A program made the translations under genes and the position numbers. A model generated the notes under the pieces. The model searched no databases. It was given only the letters and a program-made list of their open reading frames with translations, and was not told where the DNA came from. A stretch of 64,000 bases of DNA, taken from the NCBI GenBank assembly GCA_965240465.1, contig OZ251219.1, forward strand, positions 128,001 through 192,000. Direction: 5' to 3'. This DNA is from a bacterium (GTDB lineage: Bacteria > SAR324 > JACQKK01). Position 1 is the stretch's first letter. Every line of letters begins with the position of its first letter. This document shows, one piece after another, positions 1-11,087 of the stretch.

Positions 1-1740
1 TTTCTGAAACAGAGGCTTTGGAGAAGCCAGGGGGATGCCTTTAGGTAGCAAGCAAGGCTTCCAACGAAATTTTGCCGCCCGGTAATCTCCTGTAATTATT
101 TGCCAAGAACGTGTTCCTTGGGTGACTGTTTCCATGCGTGCTTCTCCCTGCAGAAAATCCTGATAGCCAAGCATTTGGTGAAGCTGCTGGCAAGAAAAAG
201 GTAAGAAAGGAGACATCATCAGTTTTAGATTGTTTATGGCCGAAAGAGCTGCATAGATGACCGCTTTCGCCTCAGGTTCGGATGAAGGGATTTTAAGCAA
301 GCTCCATGGTTCTCTTTGATTAAGATAACGGTTCACTTCATTTGCAAGACGCAGAACTTCATTTATGGCAGCCTTGAGAGAACCTTTTTCTATCATGGTA
401 CCTACTGTGTCAAAACCGCCGTTGATGGTATTTATCAGATTTTCTTCTTTTAGTCCCAGTGGTGGGGGTTCTGGGATAGCATTATAGTGCTGGTGAGCCA
501 TACTTAACACACGATGTACTAAGTTACCCCAGCAGGCTACCAATTCATCGTTATTGCGGCGTACAAATTCTGCCCAGGTAAAATCAGTGTCTTGATTTTC
601 TGGGCCTGCAATGGAAATAAAGAAACGTAAGGTGTCCGGATGGTAGCGTTCCAGGAAATCTCTCACATAAATGACTACTCCTCTGCTACTACTGAATTTT
701 TTACCCTCCATTGTAAGAAATTCTGATGAGAATATATTGGTAGGTGTTTGCAAGGGAGAGCCTTTTTCACCGCCTATAGTGGAGGGTAACCCATTGCCAA
801 AACCCATAAGCATGGTAGGCCAGATAAGGGAGTGAAAGACCACATTGTCTTTGCCCATGAAATAAAAATGTTCTGTTTTTGAGTCTTGCCACCAATCTTT
901 CCAGCCATCAGGGTTACCATTGCGTTGAGCCCATTCTACACTGGCAGAAAAATAGCCGATTACAGCATCAAACCAGACGTATATTCGCTTATCATTTCGG
1001 TTTTCGTATTCTGGCAAAGGAATTGGGATGCCCCATGACATATCTCGGGTTATTGCCCTTGGTTTAAGTTGTTTTATGATACCTAGTGAGAACTCACGTA
1101 CATTAGCACGCCAATGAGATTTCTCTGTCAGCCATTGTTTAAGTTGCTCTGCAAATGTTGGCAGGTCTAGAAAGAAGTGTTCACTGTCTTTGAATATTGG
1201 TGCTTGTCCGTCAATGCGAGAACGAGGCTCAATTAATTCCTCTGGGTCTAGTTGGTTACCGCAGTTATCACATTGATCGCCGCGGGCGTTTTTATCTTTG
1301 CAGTGAGGGCATGTTCCTTCTATGTAGCGGTCTGGCAAGGTAGCCCCAGTGGCCTTGCTGAAAGCTCCCACGGTTGTCTGACGAATCAAAAATCCCTTTT
1401 TATGCAGGACGCGAAAAAAATCTTGTACTTGGCGGCGATGGTTATCAGTAGTGGTGCGGGTAAATAAGTCGTAATTGATTCCTAATTTGAACAGATCCTG
1501 GGAAATCACCTCCTGGTAACGGTCTACCAGTTGTTGCGGGGAAATGTCTTCTTCATCAGCCTGCACAGTAATGGGGGTGCCAAATTCATCCGTGCCGCTG
1601 ACCATCAACACCTCGTTGCCAGCCATGCGTTGATAACGGGCAAATACATCACTAGGAACTCCAAATCCGGCCACATGTCCAATATGCCGAGGTCCATTAG
1701 CGTAGGGCCACGCAACACATACCATTATCTTTTTTGTCAT
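1..1740 (-). CDS. metG: Methionyl-tRNA synthetase (3' end runs off the window), actinobacterial-like type
   Basis: Not in the ORF track. Hand translation from ATG at 1740 gives [39 protein letters not shown] (HIGH motif), the knuckle [21 protein letters not shown] and the KMSKS-like [10 protein letters not shown]. The same frame reads ...PKPLFQK at the window edge. Confidence 0.95.
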   Translation of the reverse strand, partial: MTKKIMVCVAWPYANGPRHIGHVAGFGVPSDVFARYQRMAGNEVLMVSGTDEFGTPITVQADEEDISPQQLVDRYQEVISQDLFKLGINYDLFTRTTTDNHRRQVQDFFRVLHKKGFLIRQTTVGAFSKATGATLPDRYIEGTCPHCKDKNARGDQCDNCGNQLDPEELIEPRSRIDGQAPIFKDSEHFFLDLPTFAEQLKQWLTEKSHWRANVREFSLGIIKQLKPRAITRDMSWGIPIPLPEYENRNDKRIYVWFDAVIGYFSASVEWAQRNGNPDGWKDWWQDSKTEHFYFMGKDNVVFHSLIWPTMLMGFGNGLPSTIGGEKGSPLQTPTNIFSSEFLTMEGKKFSSSRGVVIYVRDFLERYHPDTLRFFISIAGPENQDTDFTWAEFVRRNNDELVACWGNLVHRVLSMAHQHYNAIPEPPPLGLKEENLINTINGGFDTVGTMIEKGSLKAAINEVLRLANEVNRYLNQREPWSLLKIPSSEPEAKAVIYAALSAINNLKLMMSPFLPFSCQQLHQMLGYQDFLQGEARMETVTQGTRSWQIITGDYRAAKFRWKPCLLPKGIPLASPKPLFQK

Positions 1741-1899
1741 AAATATATTTTTGCTAGAATCTAAGGCTCACAAAGTTTCTGTAATGGCACTTTGATAGCA
1801 AGATGTATCCCCGTTTGCAATGACTGTGATCTATTGTAACCCTTCAGAATACTACAAACATATTGCTGAGAGACATTGTTATTTTCTACAGTCAAAATT

Positions 1900-3252
1900 T
1901 CATACCGATTTCACCCAGGTGGGGTACAATTGTCTAAGGAATATACCCAAGCTAATCGCACGGGCAATGTACATACCTTGAAAGGAAGCCCAGAGGCCAT
2001 GAATACCGAACCAGCTACCCAATAACCACGTTAATGGTAAGAAAACTACCACTGTAGAGAACAACATGGAGTTTCGCATGTGGCGGGCAGCGGAAGCACC
2101 AATGAAGATGCCGTCCAGACTGAAGCAAATATTTCCAATAATGGGTACCAGCAATATCCAAGGTAGTTGTTCTAGCAGAATGGCTAGTACCGAGGACTGA
2201 TTGGTGAACCAGTTTTGCCACCATGGCCACAGTAGTCCATAGGATAGTGTTATCAGAAACCCGCTGAGCATACCCCATGCCAGCACCCGCATTATGACAT
2301 TGCGTAACACAGATTCCTTTTTTAGACCAATGGCTTGCCCCGTCAGTACTTCTGCAGCGTGAGCGAAGCCATCCAACAGATATGAAGCCAAGATGGTAAG
2401 CTGCCAGCCTATAGTAAATGCTGCCAGAGTGATCTCACCAAAGGTAGCTGCCTGTGAAGACAAGTACAAAATTGAAAATTGCAAGCACAAGGTACGAACA
2501 AATAAATTAGCATTGATCCCTATCAGCTTTTTGAATTTTTCTCTTTCAAGTACTGCCTTGAGCATTTTCTTCATACTAGGTAGCAGAATTTGTTCTCGTT
2601 CATTTTTGTAAAACCAGATCAGCCCTAGTAGCAAGGTAATACATTGAGAAAATACTGCAGCCCAAGCCAATCCTGTACTGCTTAGTCCCATTTTTCCTAC
2701 CAGCAAGAAATCCAACCCCGCATTGAGTATATTTGCGAATATCACCAGAGTTACAGCTGGTAGCACTCGCCCTTTTCCAAAAAACCAAGATTGCAATAGC
2801 ACAATGCAAAATGCAGCAGGTATTGCTAGCAATCGTACCTCCAGATAGCTTTTCATATCGGTTTCCAGTCGAGGGCTAGACTCTACCCACCAACCAGCCA
2901 AATTTGTCAACAATGGAGAAAATGCCACTATCAAAAAACCCACCAGCAATCCCAAAGAGGCCGCCTGCACCAGCAACACCCAAGCTTGCCCTTCATCTTT
3001 TTGACTATGCAAACGAGCAAACCAGCCCACCGTAGACATCCGCAGTACGCTTAACAACCAAAACACCAAATTGTAAAACAAAGACCCCAAACCAATGGCA
3101 CCAATTTGATAGGCACTCAAAAAGTGACCCGCAACAGCTGTGTCCACAGCACTAAGCAGGGGGATAGATAGATTCATAAAAATAGAAGGAATAGCAATCC
3201 TTAGAATGCTTCCTTGCCATTTGATGGATTCCTTACTACCAATATCAGACAT
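1900..3252 (-). CDS. MATE-family efflux transporter (DinF-like)
   Basis: 450 aa, about 12 hydrophobic segments, IAIPSIFMNLSIPLLSAVDTAVAGH and LDGIFIG motifs typical of DinF. Confidence 0.9.
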   Translation of the reverse strand: MSDIGSKESIKWQGSILRIAIPSIFMNLSIPLLSAVDTAVAGHFLSAYQIGAIGLGSLFYNLVFWLLSVLRMSTVGWFARLHSQKDEGQAWVLLVQAASLGLLVGFLIVAFSPLLTNLAGWWVESSPRLETDMKSYLEVRLLAIPAAFCIVLLQSWFFGKGRVLPAVTLVIFANILNAGLDFLLVGKMGLSSTGLAWAAVFSQCITLLLGLIWFYKNEREQILLPSMKKMLKAVLEREKFKKLIGINANLFVRTLCLQFSILYLSSQAATFGEITLAAFTIGWQLTILASYLLDGFAHAAEVLTGQAIGLKKESVLRNVIMRVLAWGMLSGFLITLSYGLLWPWWQNWFTNQSSVLAILLEQLPWILLVPIIGNICFSLDGIFIGASAARHMRNSMLFSTVVVFLPLTWLLGSWFGIHGLWASFQGMYIARAISLGIFLRQLYPTWVKSV

Positions 3253-3386
3253 TACTTACTTTTTATGGGAAGAAGACAAAGTTTTAAAAAACTTTCCTGT
3301 GTATTCTAGTATTGCTAACTAGTACTCATTCAAGCATTACTTCTCTGCTGGTTAAATTTTGCTATCCCGAACAAGCAAGTAATGCT

Positions 3387-5342
3387 TTATTTTGGAAAAG
3401 GACGAAGCATACGGTGGTTCTCTAGTCTGATGGTGAGGTGTTGGGAATCAAAGTATTCTAACAGATCAACGGCATGTTTGCGGCTGATATTAGCTAGTGA
3501 TTTGAACTCAATCACTGTAATGCTCTGGTTTTTATCTAGGTAATTACACAGAGTGAAGGTAAGTCGTTGGATTGTCTGGGGAAGATAGTATAGATCAGGC
3601 TTGATACGAATTAGTTGTTTAGTTTTTGTGGCTGTAGCGAGGAGATTGGCGGTGTACGAAGAAGACAGATTAGTAATTTTAAGCAGGGAATTTAACCGAG
3701 GAGGTTGTATAGCGGAACGAATGGTATCTATTAGGCGTTCTAAGTCTTGTTTTTTTTGGGGAGAAATGGCCACTTGGTGTTGGAGTAATTGAAAATGGTC
3801 TTGGTACTGGGTTATTTCACCTTGGGTTACCATATATTCCAGCAGGACTTGCGTACCTGATGTCCCAAATGAGGGAGGCATTTTTCCCGCTATTTCTACC
3901 GCTTTCATACCATTTTTTTCTGGATGTTGACGGTGAAAACAAAACAGGATTTTTTTTAAGTACTCACCATTTTGTTTTTGTGCTTGGGTATGTAACCAGC
4001 CAGTGTCTTTAGGAAGATCAAAAGTAAGCATACTTTGAGATGCAAGTTTTACTCTCAATTTTGGGAGGTCTTTTGGTAGGATGGCCGTGCGCGGGTTGAT
4101 TTGGCTTTGTAGTAACAGTCCATGGGGCCTGATCAAGGCAGCCGCAGTTATTTTTTCAGCAATTGATGCTTGATGTAGCCGTTGCAAACATTCAGCAATC
4201 GGTACACCCCTAATGGCAGAATCCCCGTGGCTTTTTAAGGCATCTGGTTCAATTACCACCCCGCCACCGATGGTACATAAGGGCGAGTAAGAACGGAGTA
4301 CAAAACGGTCAAGAAATTTTGTGCTAAGAGATTTTTCCAATCTTAGTTGGATATATTGCGTCTGGCCTGGCTTCCATGAAGCTGTTTCTAAAGGAATAAC
4401 GCGTGCCATTACCTCATTGGCATAAAGATGCATTCGCAGTCGTGACCGTTGACTCAGAGTCTGAGGGGCTGTTTTCGATAGTTTTGCTTGGGCATTTATC
4501 AAGCTACCTGTCAACAAACATCCCCTGGCAGCCAGTTGGTTTCCCCGATGAATATCTTGATGAGAAAATCCTACTACGTTGATGGCTGCTCTTTGTCCTG
4601 TTCTGACTACGTCTACCTCTTTGCCATGAACCTCCATTTTCCTCACTCGTACTGCTTGATGATGCGGATACAACCAAGCTGTCTCCTTAAGAGTAAAATC
4701 CCCGGATAACACAGTTCCTGTTATCACTGTGCCAAATCCTTTCATGTGGAAGCTACGGTCAATCACCATGCGAAAAGGTTGCTGGGCATCAAGGATACGA
4801 TTGTGTTGAAAATTATTAGTCAACAAATCCCGTAGTTTATCCAATCCATTTCCGCTTTTGATGCTTATCGCCTGCAGAGGAGCATTCTCTAAAAATGTGC
4901 CTGCAAAAGCTTTCTTTACCTCATTCTCTCGGTCTTTCAGTGCATTATCTGAAACCAAATCTGCCCGAGATAACACTACTATCCCTTTAGAAATTCCCAG
5001 CAATTCACAGATGTTTAAGTGCTCTATTGTTTGAGGCATAACCCCTTCATCTGCGGCTACTACCATCAAAACTGCATCAATGCCTGCCACGCCAGCCAGC
5101 ATGGTGTGGATGAACCCCTCGTGGCCTGGAACATCCACAAACGCTAATGGCTGACCGTTGCTACTAAGGCCATGGGTAAAACCCAATTCAATGGTCATAC
5201 CACGCCGTTTTTCTTCTTTCAGTCGGTCTGGGTCCATACCAGTGAGAGCCATCACCAACGAGCTTTTCCCGTGATTTACATGACCACCGGTGCCAAACAC
5301 CAAATGGGTAGTTTGTTTTGCACTAGCAATATACTGTGCCAT
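3387..5342 (-). CDS. selB: Selenocysteine-specific translation elongation factor
   Basis: Translational GTPase motifs [25 protein letters not shown] and DVPGHE, plus the C-terminal winged-helix motif [13 protein letters not shown]. Confidence 0.93.
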   Translation of the reverse strand: MAQYIASAKQTTHLVFGTGGHVNHGKSSLVMALTGMDPDRLKEEKRRGMTIELGFTHGLSSNGQPLAFVDVPGHEGFIHTMLAGVAGIDAVLMVVAADEGVMPQTIEHLNICELLGISKGIVVLSRADLVSDNALKDRENEVKKAFAGTFLENAPLQAISIKSGNGLDKLRDLLTNNFQHNRILDAQQPFRMVIDRSFHMKGFGTVITGTVLSGDFTLKETAWLYPHHQAVRVRKMEVHGKEVDVVRTGQRAAINVVGFSHQDIHRGNQLAARGCLLTGSLINAQAKLSKTAPQTLSQRSRLRMHLYANEVMARVIPLETASWKPGQTQYIQLRLEKSLSTKFLDRFVLRSYSPLCTIGGGVVIEPDALKSHGDSAIRGVPIAECLQRLHQASIAEKITAAALIRPHGLLLQSQINPRTAILPKDLPKLRVKLASQSMLTFDLPKDTGWLHTQAQKQNGEYLKKILFCFHRQHPEKNGMKAVEIAGKMPPSFGTSGTQVLLEYMVTQGEITQYQDHFQLLQHQVAISPQKKQDLERLIDTIRSAIQPPRLNSLLKITNLSSSYTANLLATATKTKQLIRIKPDLYYLPQTIQRLTFTLCNYLDKNQSITVIEFKSLANISRKHAVDLLEYFDSQHLTIRLENHRMLRPFPK

Positions 5343-5359
5343 CAGCAGTGCCTACCTGA

Positions 5360-5698
5360 CTATATTTTTCTAGCAGAAACCAAACGACAATAACCCTGCA
5401 AACGCCCCCCTTCTTCTATACACAAACGACTGGTAACAATATCGCCATTTAGCACACCAGCAGACAGTACATGGGTTTCCTCGGTGGTTATAACATCACC
5501 CTTTATACACCCATTCAATACCAAACTATGGGCTTTCACAGAGCCTTTCACTTGGCTGTGTTGACCTATGCGAAGCAAATCTTCCACATGTAGGCTACCC
5601 TTTAAATTTCCATTAAGGTGAAGATTACCCTTTAAACGTAGATTCCCCTTAATATCTACACTGGTGGAAATAATACTGGTGGTAGGATAGAAAGCCAT
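5360..5698 (-). CDS. Bactofilin (polymer-forming cytoskeletal protein)
   Basis: Beta-helix repeats IKGNL/LNGNLKGSL/VKGSV/LNGDI, ending IEEGGRLQGYC. Confidence 0.9.
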   Translation of the reverse strand: MAFYPTTSIISTSVDIKGNLRLKGNLHLNGNLKGSLHVEDLLRIGQHSQVKGSVKAHSLVLNGCIKGDVITTEETHVLSAGVLNGDIVTSRLCIEEGGRLQGYCRLVSARKI

Positions 5699-5738
5699 AC
5701 TAAGAAACTATGTGAAAAACGGAAAATAGTAGAAATTT

Positions 5739-6608
5739 TTAAGAATTTTCTTTATTAAACAGCGAATAAAGGCGATTGAAGTCAGATTCAGAGTAGAATT
5801 GCAAGTGTATTTCACCATGGCGTATTTTTTTTTGGCTATTCGTTTTAGAGCAAGCAGGCATGATAACTTTCACTTTGGTGCCTAGCATCTGTGATAAGGA
5901 TCGTTCTGCAGCTTGATAATGTAGTCGTAACCTCAAATCTTGTGAAGGGGCGTCTTGTTTAGCAGTTGTTTTGGGTGGGTGATAAGACAAGTGCAGTTCT
6001 CGCTCAACAAGATGCTCGGTTTCCCTGACCGAGAGATTGTCTTGACACACCAAATTTCGCAAGACTAGCTGCTGCTCAGCACGAGGAAGAGCCAGTAGTG
6101 TGCGTGCGTGTCCTATGCTTAATCGGCCTGTTTTCAAGTCTTCTTTAAGCAGGGGAGGCAGTGATAGCAAACGCATAATGTTGGCTACTGTGGAACGGTC
6201 TTTTCCCACTCTCTTTGATAACTCTTCTTGGGTAAGGTCCAGGCTGGTCATGAGCAGTCTGTAGGCTGAGGCTTCTTCAATGGGGTTAAGCGGTTCGCGC
6301 TGGATATTTTCTACCAGAGCCATTTCCAATAGTTTTTCATCGGGGATTTGTCGCACCAAAGCAGTGACTACCTTCCATCCCAGCAGACGCATGGCACGTA
6401 CACGGCGTTCACCAGCAATGAGTTGATAATGTTCACTTACATGAGGATGTGGCCTGAGGACTATGGGCTGTACTACCCCTTGTTGAGCGATGGAATCAGC
6501 CAGCCTCTTTAAGGCATCATCTGAGATTATTACTCTGGGCTGAAGAGGGTTTTCATGTACCTGCTCCAGTTTAACTTTGACAAAAACGCTGTGTGGCTGG
6601 TCATTCAT
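5739..6608 (-). CDS. parB: Chromosome partitioning protein ParB
   Basis: NPLQPR, LIAGERRVRA (CTP-binding arginine patch), ALVENIQREPLNPIEEA and HTH GKDRSTVAN. Confidence 0.95.
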   Translation of the reverse strand: MNDQPHSVFVKVKLEQVHENPLQPRVIISDDALKRLADSIAQQGVVQPIVLRPHPHVSEHYQLIAGERRVRAMRLLGWKVVTALVRQIPDEKLLEMALVENIQREPLNPIEEASAYRLLMTSLDLTQEELSKRVGKDRSTVANIMRLLSLPPLLKEDLKTGRLSIGHARTLLALPRAEQQLVLRNLVCQDNLSVRETEHLVERELHLSYHPPKTTAKQDAPSQDLRLRLHYQAAERSLSQMLGTKVKVIMPACSKTNSQKKIRHGEIHLQFYSESDFNRLYSLFNKENS

Positions 6609-6677
6609 TCAGCGGGATAGGATTGAAAATATGAAAAAAAATTAAGTACCTAACGGGTGATTAGAGCCATGGGATAT

Positions 6678-7523
6678 TTACCTTACTCCTTGCCGAATAC
6701 GTTTCTGTAAGCGGGTGATTCTTTTTTTTAGCAATGTGACATTCTCATGAGGTATTTTTTCAGCTTGTCGGAAAATAGATAGGGCTTGTTTCATTTTTCC
6801 TTGTTGCTCCAGTGTATCAGCGATGAATATCAGTGCCTCACCAGCAATGGGGTGTTGAGGAAATGATTTAGCTATTTTTCTAAAGGAGATAATGGCAAGA
6901 TCGGTATGTCCTTCTAAGAAGTAGCTGTGTGCAGCAAGGTAGTGTGCTCGGGGAGTCTGGGCAGACTTAGGATATTTTGTGATCAGGGTGTATAGACTAG
7001 TTCGTGCTTGGAGAAACAATTGGTGTTGAAGAGCAACCTTTGCAGTTTCCAGCAGGAAAGATGGTTTTTCTGCCTGAGGAGCATCTTTGATGATTTCTTG
7101 GTAGATACTGATAGCCTTACGGACGGTTTTGGTATCTTGGGCATAGATTTGGGCTAAATTTTCTCTAGTTTGGAGGGTATATTTGCCATTCGGATATTCT
7201 TTCAGGTGTCTTTCATAGAGATGTACTGCTCCTTTGTGATTTTTAAGATAATTGTGTTCTAGGCTAGCGGCCCAATAGAGAGATTGGGGTGCTTTGCGTG
7301 AGCGGGGGTAAAAATCTGCGAGAATGAGAAAATAGCGGGCAGCATCTTCGTATCGGGACTCATTCCACATTTTGGTTCCTTTTTTGTGTAGTTCACTGGC
7401 ACGGAGTCCGTTTTGGCAAGTGGCGTATCCAAACAAGAGTGCTATCCCCAAGAATACAACGATCAGTAGCGTCCATTTAATGGCTAAGGACGACGATCTG
7501 GATTTTTGTAGTAGTTTTTTCAC
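6678..7523 (-). CDS. Membrane-anchored tetratricopeptide-repeat protein (BamD/CpoB-like repeats)
   Basis: N-terminal hydrophobic anchor followed by repeated YP.S..A..A helical TPR units. Confidence 0.75.
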   Translation of the reverse strand: MKKLLQKSRSSSLAIKWTLLIVVFLGIALLFGYATCQNGLRASELHKKGTKMWNESRYEDAARYFLILADFYPRSRKAPQSLYWAASLEHNYLKNHKGAVHLYERHLKEYPNGKYTLQTRENLAQIYAQDTKTVRKAISIYQEIIKDAPQAEKPSFLLETAKVALQHQLFLQARTSLYTLITKYPKSAQTPRAHYLAAHSYFLEGHTDLAIISFRKIAKSFPQHPIAGEALIFIADTLEQQGKMKQALSIFRQAEKIPHENVTLLKKRITRLQKRIRQGVR

Positions 7524-7556
7524 GATTGCATGAAAATAGCACAGAATAGAGTGGAA

Positions 7557-10025
7557 CTATTCGGGGGATTCATTTTGTTCTTTAGCTAGGGTGGCAACTG
7601 CAGCCACTGTTTCTCCTGTTTCCAGTTGTACCATCCGTACTCCTTGCGTATGGCGGCCAATTTCACGCAGTTTGTTTAATTTCATACGAATGAGCTTGCC
7701 TGTTTTGGATATAACCATCACTTCTTGGTTATGGCTAACTTCCAGTATTCCAACCACTCGGCCATTGCGTCGGTTGGTTTTTATGGTATAGACCCCTTTA
7801 TTACCACGACTGCCGAGGGGATATTCATGGATGGGAGTTTTTTTACCAAATCCGTTTTCGGTAAGGGTAAGGATAGCCCCTTCTCCACTAAGAATCTCCA
7901 TGCCCACTACTTTGTCATCTAAATTTAGCCTAATGCCTATCACGCCGCGGGCGTTCCGTCCTAGTGGACGCAATTGCGATTCTGGAAAACGCACTGACAT
8001 GCCTCTTTCAGTAGCCAAGAACACCTGTTGCTTGGGTTGGCATAGTTTGGCAACCTGTAAGGAATCATCTTTATCTATGTTGATAGATCTAATACCTATG
8101 CGGCGAATATTGGCAAAAGCACTGAGAAGGGTTTTTTTGAGGATACCGTTCTTGGTAACCATTAGAACAGTGCAGTCTTCACTAAGTCCACTGACATTAA
8201 GGTAGGCACGTGCTTGTTCTTTATCTGACAATGTTAATAGACTGGCTACAGATTTTCCCTTAGAAGCTCGTGCAGCAATAGGCAGCTCGTAGACTTTTTT
8301 CTGATAACACTTGCCAATGGAAGTAAAAAACAGCAATTTGTCGTGGGTAGACGCTACGAACATGTTAGTTACGAAATCTTCTTCTCTGGTGGTCATGCCA
8401 ATTGAACCCTTACCCCCCCGATGTTGAGTGCGATAAGCCGAAACAGGAGTACGCTTGATAAATCCCTTATGAGAAATTGTCACTACTACTTCTTCTTCTG
8501 TGACCATGTCCTCATCGTTCAATTCTTCTGCAGCTTCCATTATTTGAGTTCTACGGTGGTGTGAATTGCTATATTGCTCACGCAAGGCATTTGTTTCTGC
8601 ACGAATAATATCCAGTACTTTGCTTCTTTCAGCTAGAATGACACGATATTCTTCCATCAGTTTTTGCAAATTGCTGTATTCTTCTTCTATTTTGCGTTGC
8701 TCTAAACCAGTGAGGCGACTGAGACGCATGTCCAATATTTCTTTGGCCTGTATCTCTGTTAATTGAAACTGCTTTATGAGTCCTTTACGGGCAGAAGCAT
8801 TATCTGGTGAATTTTTAATCAAAGCAATGATAGCCTCCAAGTTTCTAAGTGCCACCAGCAGACCTTTTAGTACGTGGGTTCTCTGAGTAGCCTTGGCGAG
8901 TTCAAAACGAGTGCGGCGTTCTACAACTTCAACACGATGTGCTAAAAAGCGTTGTAATATGTCTACCAATGGCATCACGCGGGGCTGGTTATCATCCACG
9001 GCCAGCATTATTACTCCATAAGAATTCTGGAGTTTGGTGAGTTTGAATAAATTGTTTAGTAGTACATCTGTGTTGAAATTCTTTTTTACCTCAACCACCA
9101 TGCGCATGCCTTTGCGATCTGACTCATCTCGCAAATCGGATACCCCTTCCAGTTTTTTATCTCTCACTAAGTCGGCAATCTTTTCTATCAGCCGAGCTTT
9201 ATTCACCATGTAAGGCAACTCTGAAAACACAATCAGCTCCCTGTCACGCTTTTTGTCCGTCTCCACGTCTGCACATGCACGTAAGGTGATAATCCCTCGC
9301 CCTGTTCTATAAGCTTCATAAATGCCTTTTTTTCCCATAATTAAACCGCCAGTGGGAAAATCTGGTCCTGGCAGTAGTTGCATCAAGTGGCTTAACTGGG
9401 GATTGTCTTGGTTGTCAACGACGTACAAAAAGGCATCTAGTGTCTCCAGCAAATTGTGAGGGGGAATATTACTAGCCATGCCTACTGCAATGCCCGTTGC
9501 TCCATTGACTAATACATGGGGAAACCTTGCGGGTAGCACAGTGGGTTCTTGTAAAGATTCATCGTAATTGGGCTGAAAATTAACAGTGTCTTTCTCTAAA
9601 TCTTCCAGTAATTGGTGTGCCAGACGGGTCATGCGTACCTCTGTGTAACGCATGGCAGCCGCAGGATCTCCGTCAACGGAGCCAAAATTACCTTGACCGT
9701 CTACTAAGGGTACTCGCATGGAAAAATCTTGTGCCATACGTACTATGCTGTCATACACTGCAGATTCCCCATGAGGGTGGTATTTACCAATCACCTCACC
9801 GGCTACACGGGCTGATTTTCTATAAGGCTTATTGTAATGGTTGCCTTGCTCGTGCATGGCATACAACACCCGTCTATGTACGGGCTTTAGTCCATCACGA
9901 ACATCAGGCAAGGCACGCCCGATAATCACACTCATGGCGTACTCCATGTACGACTGGCACATTTCATCTTCAATATGCACCAGCGTGACGCCGTCGCGGG
10001 GTTTTTGTAGGTCTTCCATGAGCAC
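7557..10025 (-). CDS. gyrA: DNA gyrase subunit A
   Basis: [16 protein letters not shown], catalytic AAMRYT, GyrA-box QHRGGKG and C-terminal pinwheel repeats. Confidence 0.97.
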   Translation of the reverse strand: MLMEDLQKPRDGVTLVHIEDEMCQSYMEYAMSVIIGRALPDVRDGLKPVHRRVLYAMHEQGNHYNKPYRKSARVAGEVIGKYHPHGESAVYDSIVRMAQDFSMRVPLVDGQGNFGSVDGDPAAAMRYTEVRMTRLAHQLLEDLEKDTVNFQPNYDESLQEPTVLPARFPHVLVNGATGIAVGMASNIPPHNLLETLDAFLYVVDNQDNPQLSHLMQLLPGPDFPTGGLIMGKKGIYEAYRTGRGIITLRACADVETDKKRDRELIVFSELPYMVNKARLIEKIADLVRDKKLEGVSDLRDESDRKGMRMVVEVKKNFNTDVLLNNLFKLTKLQNSYGVIMLAVDDNQPRVMPLVDILQRFLAHRVEVVERRTRFELAKATQRTHVLKGLLVALRNLEAIIALIKNSPDNASARKGLIKQFQLTEIQAKEILDMRLSRLTGLEQRKIEEEYSNLQKLMEEYRVILAERSKVLDIIRAETNALREQYSNSHHRRTQIMEAAEELNDEDMVTEEEVVVTISHKGFIKRTPVSAYRTQHRGGKGSIGMTTREEDFVTNMFVASTHDKLLFFTSIGKCYQKKVYELPIAARASKGKSVASLLTLSDKEQARAYLNVSGLSEDCTVLMVTKNGILKKTLLSAFANIRRIGIRSINIDKDDSLQVAKLCQPKQQVFLATERGMSVRFPESQLRPLGRNARGVIGIRLNLDDKVVGMEILSGEGAILTLTENGFGKKTPIHEYPLGSRGNKGVYTIKTNRRNGRVVGILEVSHNQEVMVISKTGKLIRMKLNKLREIGRHTQGVRMVQLETGETVAAVATLAKEQNESPE

Positions 10026-10134
10026 TTTAAGGGGTACGGGATTAAATCAACAACGAAAAAGAAGAGTTTAACAGGGCATTCTACCGCAAAGAGGCTTAGC
10101 AAACAAGCAACTCTGCTGAGATTTATATAAAAAA

Positions 10135-10734
10135 CTACTCCTCAAAAAGCTGTTTCCGTAGTATATCTAAGGGAAATGCAGGACCGGGGTCTGATTTGCG
10201 ATGAGAGGATATTTCTTCATGTCCCACAATCCAGCGGATGGGATAGGTTTTCATGAGCAACTGGCATATATTGCGTACCAGGCGTATTTGCTTACTAGGA
10301 TAACGATGCCAGTAGCATGGTGAATCCTCGTGGCGATGGGTGAGGAAAAGTGTTTCTGTAGGAGGATATTTTTGTCCTTGCCAAGAGAAGAATTGTCCTT
10401 GACGGTTATCTAGGTGACCTGCATTGTCAATTTCTATTCCTAGTGCATAATTATTCAATTGTTTACGCTGATTATGCTCACTCTGGCCAGCATGCCAAGT
10501 AATAGTATCAAAGGGAACCAACTGCCTCAAGCTACCATTACGGGCAACGACTAAGTGAGCAGCAGCTTTATGTTGAGGAGAACACAACAGATTAACAGCC
10601 TGCTGACAGCTGTCCATGGCGGTATAATGTAACACCAGGGTGTCTGGCAGACCAGGGGGAAAGGATTTACCTATGTTGGGGGTGGGAATATGACGAATTC
10701 CCTTGGCTATAAGCCAGTGGTCAACAATTCGCAT
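10135..10734 (-). CDS. N-acetylmuramoyl-L-alanine amidase (AmpD/Amidase_2 family)
   Basis: VLHYT, WHAG, GIEI and GHEEISSHRKSDPG zinc-amidase motifs. No obvious signal peptide. Confidence 0.88.
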   Translation of the reverse strand: MRIVDHWLIAKGIRHIPTPNIGKSFPPGLPDTLVLHYTAMDSCQQAVNLLCSPQHKAAAHLVVARNGSLRQLVPFDTITWHAGQSEHNQRKQLNNYALGIEIDNAGHLDNRQGQFFSWQGQKYPPTETLFLTHRHEDSPCYWHRYPSKQIRLVRNICQLLMKTYPIRWIVGHEEISSHRKSDPGPAFPLDILRKQLFEE

Positions 10735-10877
10735 GGTATTTTACTTAATGAGAATAAGGTGTTCTTTACATTATTATACACATCGCTTATTACTGCCAAA
10801 GATCAAAAAACAGCGAATAAATATCTAATCCATATAAGTACTAATAATAGGTTAGACAGTCTAAATAAACAAGAAAA

Positions 10878-10950
10878 TGGGCGGTACAAGGATTGAACTT
10901 GTGGCCTCCGGCATGTGACGCCGGCGCTCTCCCATCTGAGCTAACCGCCC
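10878..10950 (-). tRNA. tRNA-Val(CAC), CCA not encoded
   Basis: The reverse complement folds as a cloverleaf: acceptor GGGCGGT/ACCGCCC, D arm GCTC/GAGC, anticodon arm CCGGC-GTCACAT-GCCGG, T arm ACAAG-TTCAATC-CTTGT, discriminator A. Confidence 0.92.
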
Positions 10951-11087
10951 TTATTTTTTATGCACTGATAGAGAAAATTTGTCCATGTCTTTGATTGACG
11001 GAGAATAATCTTTCAGAGTAAATATGATTGTTGTATTCTGAGAATCCATTGAGCATAACCATTGAAGAATGCCGTCGTAAGAATATC

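Noticed and set aside
879-1764. Three short + strand ORFs in the track
   Set aside because: They are antisense to metG, which occupies 1-1740 on the minus strand.
9750-9790. Fluoroquinolone-resistance substitution in GyrA
   Set aside because: The S83 and D87 equivalents are wild type. Only the adjacent D82-to-E change is unusual.
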